The notes under the pieces were generated by a model. It saw only the letters and a program-made list of their open reading frames with translations, ran no database searches and was not told the DNA's origin. The position numbers were made by a program, and so were the translations under genes. A DNA stretch of 49,622 nt, filler included, from Jimgerdemannia flammicorona (taxonomy: Eukaryota), in NCBI GenBank assembly GCA_003990765.1. It is 2 parts of 2 records of this genome, joined end to end, with 100 filler letters (N's around TTAATTAATTAA, not from the genome) between each part and the next. Parts side by side here need not be neighbours in the genome. Positions count along the whole stretch, not along the records: positions 24,863 to 49,622 come from RBNJ01000929.1; 1 more part is not named here. One strand, given 5' to 3'. Shown piece by piece: positions 39,473 through 49,622 of the stretch. Every line of letters begins with the position of its first letter. Position 1 is the stretch's first letter.

Positions 39473-39971
39473 CAACTGCCTTCAAACTCTTATTCTCAGC
39501 TCATTTCAATCACTGCCAGTTCCCCTACCCCAATTTTGAGAAGTCAATGGAAATACTCTCCAAAAGATCCAGATTCACAAAGAGAATCTTGTCCTGGCCA
39601 GACAGTTGCAACAGGTCCACCAACTCCAGGCCCATTATGCCATTGGAGAACAATTGCAGAACCTCCCAGTCCCAGAACAAACATATATCAGAAATACCAT
39701 AGGACTATCAAGAAGAAATACCACTGCTGCAGACAGACTGTACACCCTTTATAAGTAAAACCCTGCAGCCCTGATACAAGCACAATTCTCCTGGCATAAT
39801 GTATAAGGAATGAATCTAGCCACCTACCTGAGCATCATCAATGCTGTCAAAATCCTATTCCCAGAGGAAGAAGAAGAATCCTTGGAATGGAGCAACCATG
39901 GTATAGACAATGAAGATGATGGAACAGGTATTGATGCAGAAGATACTTATCCACACTGGGATGATGCCTAA
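39456..39971 (+). pseudogene. Extra 3' ORF (ORF3, 171 codons) of gypsy element 1, unknown function
   Basis: ATG overlaps the integrase end by 17 nt. Single frame to TAA 39971 with three internal stops (TGA, TAA, TAA), no frameshift, and an acidic tail. Ends about 40 nt before the 3' LTR. Confidence 0.75.
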
Positions 39972-40011
39972 AGGACAGTCTGAGGACAGATCATCTTTTA
40001 GTTGGGGCTGA

Positions 40012-41419
40012 TGTGACAAATCAAGACATATCACCCAAATTATACCTTAGCTAGATGATGTGAACAATTAGCCAGATGACACGAATACACAGTATAGTAA
40101 CCAGCAACCATTGCTGCAGAAATTGCATAAATAGCTGGACTACCAGATAAGATACATCTTTACAGAACCTATACACCTGTACCAGACCTATACACCTGTA
40201 CAGGTCCTGTACAACCTGCCATAAGTAGCAAATCTATAGTTAGCCACATAGCAACCAGATAGCAACCAATCTGTATAAATTACCCCAGAGACAAGAGTGA
40301 ATAAACCTCAGTCTGAAAATTGAATCCAAAAAGCAAAAGACAAGTCTGCCTACTACACTTCAAGAGATATGTCTGCCAAAAGCCACTTGATCCTGGAAGG
40401 ATTGCAACACTTAGGAGAAACACCTGCTCTAAAGCCACTTGTGAGCATTGGTTCCCTTTTTCCACTCTGGTCCACTTTCTGATACAAAGAATGAGTCCAT
40501 TTTTGGTTTGCTTGCCAGATAAGCCTGAAGATTTGCCACCTAAGTTCAAGAAAGAACTTTACTGCCATTTCTAAGTTATCTGCCATATTTCCAATTAAAG
40601 CTGCTGATTTAGGAAGAATCGGTGCCATCGTATTATGCTGCTGATTCAGGAATAATCCATGCCATCCAAGTTAATTCCCAGAAGCCTGCCAATTTAGGAA
40701 GAATCTGTGCCATCGTATTATACTGCTGATTCAGGAAGAATCCATGCCATCTGAGTTATTTCCCAGAAGCCCGCCAATTCAGGAAGAATCTGCACCATCC
40801 AAGTTATTTCCCAGAAGCCCACTGATTCAGGAGAATCTGCATCATCTGCCATTTTCTAGTCATCTGTATTCCCAGAAGAGCCATCTGAGTTATCTGTTGT
40901 TCCCAGTGAGCCCGGTACAGAAGAAACTGTGTCAGTATAATTCCCAGTGAGCCAAATTGAGTTGTCTACCAAATCTGCATAAGGAATATTGCCAAGATCG
41001 TCCTGCATAAGGAATCTACTCATGCTACATAAGATCATTATGCAGAAATTGCATAAGGAGAACTGCTAAATTGCCAGATCATTACATATAAGGAGATCGT
41101 TGTGCTACACAAAGAAATCACCCACTACTCAAGAAGGAAACCGCTCATGCTACACATAAATTCTGCTAATTCCCAGTTGACCCAAGAAGGAAACCCATCT
41201 ACACAAATCGCCGCTACACCTAGAGAACCATCCCAATTAGGAAATCGACATACAAATCTCTTGAAGATATCCAGCTTTGACTATTATACTGCTAAACACC
41301 AAGGACCTCAGGAATCTTAGAACATTTTATTGCTTTTTGACAAAGTAACTAGAGGCTCAAGCCAAACTACATCAACCCCCAATCTTGTAATTTGCCTCCA
41401 TTGAGCCAGGCATGTTACA
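40012..41419 (+). repeat. 3' LTR of gypsy element 1
   Basis: TGTGAC...GTTACA, preceded by a weak PPT-like AGTTGGGGCTGA. Internal repeats built on TTCAGGAAGAATC. Confidence 0.93.
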
Positions 41420-44400
41420 ATACCTTTCTCTAGTAACATTCAAGTTATACAAACTTCTAGCAATACTTACAATATTGTTTTTAGAGAATAAGTATTAGTA
41501 ACATAGTGACTAATGAGTATTCTGATTTCTATACTGAGCAAGGAGACTCTAGTACATTTGACTAACAGTATGTAAGGAGGAGTTACAGCTTAGGGGGGAG
41601 TCTGTTGAACTCTCTTATAGGTAGAAAAGAAGGTAGCAAAAATGGAGCTGGAGCTAGTAGATAGGGGCCTGAGAGGATGAGCTTTGCTGACAAGATAAAG
41701 GTGAGATATCTATCAACTAGATTGGAGAATTGGCTGATGAAGTGCAAGGAAACAGTGAGGGCTAAAGAGCCTAGTGGAGTAGCCTATAGCAGTAAGAGCA
41801 GTGGGGCTGGGGGAGCAGTAGCTGGGGAGAGAGGGACTGCTGATGGCAAAGAGACTACCAATCTGAAAAAAATCTAGATATAATAGTTGATGATAGATCT
41901 AGACAAGAGGTGGACAGGAGGTCCAGAGACCTGGTAGATAGTGTAATAGATCTGGTGGTAGCACTATTACTCAAGAAATCAAGATCAGATTTTGAAATCA
42001 CATTGTGTTTCTGAGGTTTAGTAGTAACAGTAAGGATAATTCTGAGGCTTATGGTCTAGAAGGTGAAAGAGGCAGCCTTGGGGAAATTTTTGAAGAGTTT
42101 GGATAAAGTGAAGGTAGGCTTTGAGATAGAGGATGTACTGCTCAGAGTGATGGAGAAGAGATTGATAGTGTTGGGGGGTAGTAATCTCCATGGCTTGGTG
42201 TTTGTGCTGAGACCTCAGAGTGGTGGAGTTGATAGTGATGGATATATCTACAGTATTGAAGGAGATAGCCAGAGGGTTAATTATAGAGGCTGTTAAGGAT
42301 TATAGGAATATCATAGATATTAGATTTCAGGTCTAAGATGGCACAGAGTTCAGGACAGACAATATAGATGTTAGAGTATAACTGACAGGTAAGGAGAATA
42401 TGGAGAAAGCAAGGAACTGACCAGTGGTCCTCAAATGGAGACCTGTGGAGTATAAAATCTTAAGAGTAAAAGAGATACTGAAGGAAGAAGAGGACTTGCT
42501 AGAGACATTGAAGGATCTGACTAGAGCTATTGAGAGAAGTAGATTGGCCTAGAAAGAGTTTGTGGCTGAGATAATAGTAGAGATCATAAATGGCTAGAAG
42601 GTGTAGCTGGATCAGATAGCCTGAGAGAGGGCACAGAGAAGGCAAATTCAGAAGGATCTGTTGGCAAAGTTGGGAGAGGGGGCAGAGGGGGGGACTCTTA
42701 CTGCAGATGTTTGGTTGAGGGTAAGTATCTGGACAGAAGAGAAGAGAGTGGCACCAAAGGAGACTATGGGAGAGAGTGGAGGCTCAGAACAGAGTGCAGT
42801 AGTAAAATATGAGAAAATGGTTAAGGAGGAGTACCCTCAGTATAGAGTGCCAGCAGGGGCTAGAGAGGATGACAAACTGCAGAATATACTAGAAGAGGAA
42901 TGAGATGAGTTGGCAAGGATGAATGCAGAGAGAGGGCAGGTGGAAGGGGGGAAGGGGGTGGTCCAGAGAGTAGAGGAGGCTGTTGATGAGGAGAAATGCT
43001 GTGGAAAGTTCTAGTGAATGTGGTAGCTGAGGAGCTAGGGGGGGAGAACTTTTGGGAACTTATTGAGAGATACTGAGGAGAAATACTGCAAGGTGAGGGG
43101 GTGCTGTGAAAACACTGAGATGAGATAATGATAATAGCATCTTTACTAGAAGCTGAAGTATACCAAGTAGATGATAAAAGGGAGGCAGTACTTCTAGTAA
43201 TTACAAATAACTGAGCTGCATATCTGTGGGGTCTGAGGAAGGGGCTGGCAAAGTGGCAGATAGTATGTAAGGAGAACTAGATAAATATTGAAGCTATGGA
43301 TGGTGTGGATTCTCAAGAGATCTTGGAGGCATTGGAGGCTTGGCAGAGAGAAGCAGATGAGCTTAAGACAGAGAAGAACCTGGATATTGCTGGTGATGAG
43401 TGAGTTTGAAATTGTAGAGTAGGCAGCTGTTCTTCAAAAAATATTATTTAATATGAATAGTATAACTAGAATCTTCTCTTTGAATATCAATAGACTATAA
43501 GGAGTAGTGAGGTATAGAAATATCTTATACTGACTAAAGAGACTAGATGTGGATTTATTTCTACTATAGGATATTAGATGTAATAGGAACTTTGATATTC
43601 TGGACTGGATGAAGGAATGGGGTAGTGTGGCTATTTGGCATAGGCTGTGAGCATTCTGGTTAGAAAGGGCAAGAGAGACATTGGGGATGTTAGACATTGT
43701 GGGAGCAGGGTAGTATGGGAAGTTTGAAAGTGACCAAGCTAGAGACTATTGACTGTTGAGTTATGTTATTGTCCAGTAGAAAGGAGGGAGAGAGTGGAAT
43801 AAATTTGAGGGCTATAAGAGTTTAGAGTATTGGTAGAGCTAGGTATTGACTGTTTAGATGGGAACTTTAAAATAATATAAAAGGGAAGGGACAGAACTGA
43901 TACAGAAAAGAAGATAGCTGGTAAGAGTAGTGGTATGGAAGCATGGGAGGAAGTTGAACATCTGAGTTCATTAGTGGATGCCAGGAGGCTTGGATGTGGG
44001 GATCATAGGGTCTATACTCACTGGGTAACAGGGTTGGGCTCAAGGATTTACTGGATATTGACTGCAGAATGCTGGAGAGTTGAATTCTGGAGAACTTTGG
44101 AAACTGTTTGGTACCTATAATCAGATCACTAGGACCTTCTAAGAGGGGGGTGTTTTGGGAGAAGTAGAGAGGGGCCTGGACATTTGTGCCTAAATATCTC
44201 ATTGCTAGAGAAGGTCTCCTTATGAGATACATGAGTGATAGACATTAGCTCCAGAATACTTGGCTGAAGATTAAAGGGACTGGTGATTGGAGATCACTGG
44301 AGGAGATTGAAATCAGATATACTACAGTTCTGAGGAGAGGCAGGAAGGATGTATGGTGCTCAGAGAAAGAAATGAGTGAGGGGGGCCTTCCAGAGGTTGG

Positions 44401-45775
44401 TGAGATTGGTGGTGTTATAGACAGATCTGTTGAATAATAGTGAGGAGAGAGATTGGAGGATCCAGCAGATCAGGCTATAGGTAGCAAAGTTGAAGAGATT
44501 GCTGAGACAAGAGGAAGACCCACAGATAAAGAACATAGTGGCATGGCTAAGGTAGTAGAGATTGGAGAAGAGAGAGAGGCCCACAAAGTTTTTGTCTCAA
44601 CTTCTGCAGGTGAGGAGAGTATGATAGAGATGAGAGAGAGTGTTGGATATGGTAGAGAAGTTGGTTGTTGATATACTGGAGATTTTGGACCAGTTAAGAA
44701 AATGGTTGGAGTAATTGTAGAGTGAGGAGAAAGGGGGGGTAGGGGTACTAGACATTGAAAGGCACCTGGAGGACTGATATCCTGATCTAGCAGAGGGCTT
44801 AAGTAACCTTGGTGCTTCTGTCTGAGGGGAGGAGATTTAGCAGGTACTAATGATGATGAGCTCAGAGACAGTACTAGGAAAAGATGGCTTACTGTGGGAT
44901 TTTTGGAAGAAGATGCAGGAGTCAAGTTAATTCTAAAGGATATGACAGAGATATGCAATGAGGTCATTGCCTCAGAAAAGTGGATCATGGAGCAGTGCTT
45001 AGGTCTTATAGCTCTGCTGTTTAAGAATAAGGGGAGAAGAGAGAAATGGAAAAACTGGAGACAGATTATGCCTCTGAATATGGATTACAAGCTGGTTATA
45101 AAGATACTAGTGACTAGGCTATAAGGAGTATCTCAGCAAGTACTAGGGGTTGAGCAGAGAGAATTTATAGTGAGATGTTTGATTCAAGATAGAACAGCCT
45201 GGATGCATGGTATCATTGAAGAAGTTTATATTACTGAAGTAAATAGATGTCTGGGTTTTCTGGACCAGAAGAAGACCTATGATAGGGTTCAGTGAGTATT
45301 TGGAAGGGGTGCTAAAGTGTATAGGAGTCTCTTTAGGGGTTTGGTAGTCCTTAGTTGGTCTGCTGGAAGGAAGTCAGATAGTAATTCTGGTAAATGATTA
45401 TTGAGGGATTTTGTTCCCTCTAGGCAGGAGCATACTATAGGGAGACCCACTGTTACTAATCCTGTATATGTTATCCCTGGAGTCTCTTTTAGATAGAATT
45501 CAGTAGAAGGTAGAGAGGTTGGATATTCTAGGGGTAAATTGGAAGTTGAGGGTATTTGCTGACAATATGGTGGTTAGGTTAGGGTCAGCTGAGAATATAG
45601 TGGTGCTGAAAGATATAGTAGAGTGGTATAAAGGGTATTCAGATACTAAGCTCAACTGGCATAAGTACATATGAGACCTTGGTGTTTAGAGGAGAGATAG
45701 TAGGTGGGGATGTGATTGAAACAATTGTCTCTATAAGAGAGACTGTTTGTTATCTGGGAATTTACTTCTTAGTAT
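41420..45775 (+). mobile_element. LINE copy E (5' end, ORF1, ORF2 to RT), interrupted by gypsy element 2
   Basis: 5' motif ACCTTTCTCTAGTAACATTC, ORF1 homology, ORF2 ATG 43453, NWRQIMPLNMDYK, DQKKTYDRV, GDPL, FADN, YLGIYF, then LTR. Confidence 0.9.
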
Positions 45776-47363
45776 TGTAATGAACCAAAATGTACTACCT
45801 GAATTATAACTTAGCCAGATGATGTGAACAATTGACATACTTACTCAGCATGATGTGACTTCCAGTGTATCATAGTTACTCATGCCTGCCACACTTATAA
45901 TTAGCCAAGACACCAGATCAGGATTGTTTATCTGTGTCCTGAGGACACACTCATGTCCAGCAGACACACTCATGTCCTGCGGACACACTCATGTCCTGCG
46001 GACACACTCATGTCCTGTGGACACACCTGTACCCAGAGAATACACCCAAACATTACCAAAGATAGCAAATCTATAGTTAGTCACATAGTAACCAGATAGC
46101 AACCAACTTGTATAAATTACCCCAGAGGCAAGAGTGAATAAAACCTCAGTCCGAATTGAAGTGCAAACTAAAGAAGCCTCTAAAGATTGAGCAATTGGTC
46201 CCCTTATTCCCACTCCAGTCCACTTTCCGATACAAAGAAGAGTTTGTTACATTTTTGGTTCACTTGCCAGATAAGCCTGAAGATTTGCCACCTAAGTTCA
46301 AGAAGAACTTCGCCACCTTTTGAAGAACTTGCTGCTTAAGGAATAAGCCATGCTATTGATATGCTTGCCAGATAAGCCTGAAGATTTGCTGCCCAAGTTC
46401 AAGGAAGAACTTCATCACCATTTCCTAGAAGACCATCATTTCCAAGTTATCCTCCGCCTTCCCAAGAAAGCCGCCTTGCTCAAGCCAGTTTCTGATGCAA
46501 CTTCACAGTGATCTGTTTGCACAAACGAAGCCAGTCTTTTATGCAACTTTGCCAAGAGACCCTTTCCAAGAACACCACCAGTAGTTCGTATTCCCAGTTG
46601 AAGCTGCCGATTTAGAAGAATCTGCACCACCCGAGTTATTTCCCAGAAGCCTGCCGATTCAGGAAGAATCCACGCCATCCTGTTTCCCAGTTAAGAGCCT
46701 GCCAATTCAGGAAGAATCCATGTCACCTGCCATTTCTAAGCTATCCGCCGCATTCCCAGAAGAACCCCACCAATTCAGGAAGAATCCGCGCCATCTGAGT
46801 TAATTCCCAGTTAAGCCGTCATTTTCAAGAAACCGCTGATTCAGGAAGAATCTGCATCATCTGCCATTTTCGAGTTATCTGCTGCATTCCCAGAAGAGCC
46901 ATCTGAGTTCTTCATTATTCCCAGTGAGCCTAGGAAGAATCCACACCATATGATTCCCAGTGAGCCAAATCAAGTTATCCGCCGAATTATCAGAACATCC
47001 CGCATAAGGAACTCATCACGCTACACAAGATTGTCATGCAGAAATCACCCGCCACCCAAGAAGGAGAACTGCTAAATTGCTAGACCATCACGCATAAGGA
47101 GATCATTGCGCTACACAGAAATTGTGCCATTCCCAGTTGACCCAAGAAGGAAAAGTCATACAAATTGCTGCTACACTCAGAGAACCATCCCAATAAGGAA
47201 ATTGCTCGCAGATATCCAGCTTTGACTATTATACTACTAAACACCAAGGACCTCAGGAATCTTAGAACATTTTGTTGCTTTTTGACAAAGTAACTGGGGG
47301 CTCAAGCCAAACTACATCAACCTCCAACCTTGTAATTTGCCTCCATTGAGCCAGCATGTTACA
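45776..47363 (+). repeat. 5' LTR of gypsy element 2
   Basis: TGTAAT...GTTACA. Homologous to the element 1 LTRs, with its own 19-bp tandem array (GACACACTCATGTCCTGCG, about 45935-46030). Confidence 0.92.
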
Positions 47364-47365
47364 TT

Positions 47366-47382
47366 TGGGGGCTCAACTGGGA
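47366..47382 (+). promoter_or_regulatory. Primer-binding site, probably tRNA-Pro
   Basis: TGGGGGCTCAACTGGGA two nt after the LTR end. Confidence 0.75.
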
Positions 47383-47396
47383 AGATTTCAAAATCG

Positions 47397-49622
47397 ATGT
47401 GACTTTTTATCTCACAGGAACCCACAGTCAAACTGGATACATTTGATACAATACCAACCTCTGCCACTACAGGAGAACCAGTCATCATAAGCATTTGGAC
47501 AGAAAGAGAAGTAATCACCTCAAGACTTGCCAACTACCCAGCATCAGAAGGATCTCAATCAGAAGCAGGAGTCAGTACAGCCCAAAATCCCCAACCACAT
47601 CAACCAGATCAAGCAGACAATACAGACAGCCCTGCTAGAGTTTTTGGAGAACTTGCACAAGAATTAGAAGACCTTATTACCTGGACCCAACATCTTACAG
47701 CCAGAGATCCCACACTAATCTCACCAATAGAACCCCTACCACAACCCCTTGCAGAACCAGAAGTAGTTCCTATAAGAATACCTAGGCCTACTCCACCCCA
47801 CCCAAGGACCAGAACACCATCTTCAAGATACCCAAGCACCCTGGTCTCTAGTGACAGTTCAGAAAGTGAACCAGAATCAGAATCTGAATTTGAACCAGAA
47901 TCAGAAGAAAGTGACAAAGAAATGGCCACCTCATTGCCAATCTTTGCAGGATACCCGAAGGAAGACCCCAGAGAATTCCTTGATGGAATCGAAGGAATCG
48001 CAGCCTTGAGGAATCTCTCAGATGAAAGGAAAATCACTATCTACAAAGCTCAGCTCAGAGAACCAGTCAGAGGGATTTTCCATCGAACAGCAAATAACCC
48101 AGATTCGGAACTAGCAAGACAGATATAAGCAGCAGTTTCCTACGAGCTAGAATATCAGGCCATGGTCTACTGACTCATAGAAAAATATGCAGGAAATGAA
48201 ACCCACCACAAGGCTCAGGAATCTATCATGGGAATGAAGATAAATCTTGGAGAATTACCCAGAGCCTTCTTCACAAGAATCCAGAAGAGAATGCATTCTG
48301 CTGGGTTCAATGCCACCAACCAAGACATCATAGGTCCAATGACCTTCATGAATGGAATTCCTCCAAATATTGCCCAGCATGTCTGCACCCTAGATATCAG
48401 AAGGTCTGAAGAGCAAGTAGATGCAGCCCAAGGATTCTTTGATGTCAGGCAAGGAACTACCTGGAGTGACCATGACAAGAAGGAAGATAAAGAAGATATC
48501 CTGGTCAAAGCCCTACAAGGACTCCTCCAAGGACAAGAAAGGTCTGAAAAAAGAAGGCCAGCCAAGGAAGGAAAGAAGGACAGAAGTGAAATTCAAGACC
48601 TCAGCTCCAAGTTAGACCGATTGGTTGGGCAGATTGAAAAACTCACCACACGTGAAAATTGGGACTACCAAAACAACAGAGGATACCCACCACAGAGGAG
48701 CCAAGGTTATCCACCAAGAGATAACAGGAATTACCAGCAAGAAGAAAGAAGGTACCCTGCCTGAAACAGAGCCCAAGTCCAATGCTTCTACTGTGGACAA
48801 TTTCGATACTATACCACTGAATGTGACAACAAAAGAAGTGACTGAAGGGACTCAGAGCCACCAAACCGAAGGAATGACACCCAGTACAAGAAGACTGAAG
48901 CCCATCCTATTGAAGATTTCGAGGAAGCAAGCAACAGTGAAGACTACAGTGACCTAGACTTATACCCTACCAAGGTTACCACCCGAAAGACAGTCTACCC
49001 AGCTGAAAAAAGAAAGAGACCTGTGGAAAGACCATCCAGGAACATCAGCAGAAGAATTATTCAAGAAGAAGATGAAGAACATGAGGAGGAACAAGTTGAA
49101 ACACCTCTCCGAACCCCCTCACCTTTTGTGCCCGAGACGAATGAGTTGCCACCAGAAGATGAAGAAATGGAACAAGAAGAACAGGAACCTGCTGCTTCAA
49201 AGTCTAAGAAGAAGTACACCCCGAAGACCATGCCTAGAGACATTTACAATGAAGCCTGGCAGAAGATTCAAGAAGCCAAGATGGAAGTTCCTCTTCTGTA
49301 GTTCTTGCAATTGACACCAGCTGGAGTCCGAAACAAATTGCTAAGAACCACCAGGTCTAGCACTGGCCAAGTTCTAATCACACAGCAAGAACCAGCTTCC
49401 ATCCCAGTCCAAGCAGCTGAAAGACATGTCAGCACCTACTTACATGGAGATATTGGAGGACAAAAAGCAAAAATCTGCATAGATACAGGAGCAGCTGTCT
49501 GTGTCATTGCCAAACGGTTTCTAGACACCCTCCAATGGCCCATTGATGGACCATCCAACCTCAGCATCATAGTAGCAGATGGAGCCCAAACTCAACCCCT
49601 TGGAGAAGTACGAAATATCACC
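47397..49622 (+). pseudogene. gag-protease (single frame, point-mutation stops)
   Basis: One frame from ATG 47397 through ORFs 47922, 48228 and 49023 to CIDTGAA. Zinc knuckle CFYCGQFRYYTTEC. Confidence 0.9.

Larger units (their letters stand above)
30838..41419 (+). mobile_element. Full-length Ty3/gypsy LTR retrotransposon 1 (inactivated)
   Basis: Two TG...CA LTRs, PBS, domain order gag-PR-dUTPase-RT-RH-IN, and probable 4-bp TSD ATAC (30834-30837, 41420-41423). Confidence 0.95.
45776..49622 (+). mobile_element. Ty3/gypsy element 2, same family as element 1, runs off the window end
   Basis: LTR 45776-47363, PBS 47366-47382, gag and protease highly similar to element 1. Confidence 0.95.

Overview
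Eukaryotic, almost certainly fungal DNA. A Mucoromycota host is inferred from a rhizopuspepsin-type protease, a TKL-type kinase and a spliceosomal intron. Most of the window is nested, C-to-T-riddled transposable elements: at least five copies or fragments of an L1/Tx1-like LINE, one full-length and one partial Ty3/gypsy LTR retrotransposon (dUTPase, Cys-rich insert, extra 3' ORF), a 2.06-kb solo-LTR-like insertion carrying its own gene, a decayed hAT transposon with three related MITEs, a Tc1-like MITE and an unclassified repeat. A CpG-rich host island (about 16.5-24.4 kb) holds a kinase pseudogene, an aspartic protease pseudogene and an apparently intact F-box gene. An artificial contig linker at 24763-24862 means left and right halves may not be adjacent. 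The most interesting signal is that two different LTR elements each carry an accessory ORF (one inside the LTR with its own promoter, one downstream of integrase), and the two proteins appear to share a helical domain followed by an acidic region.
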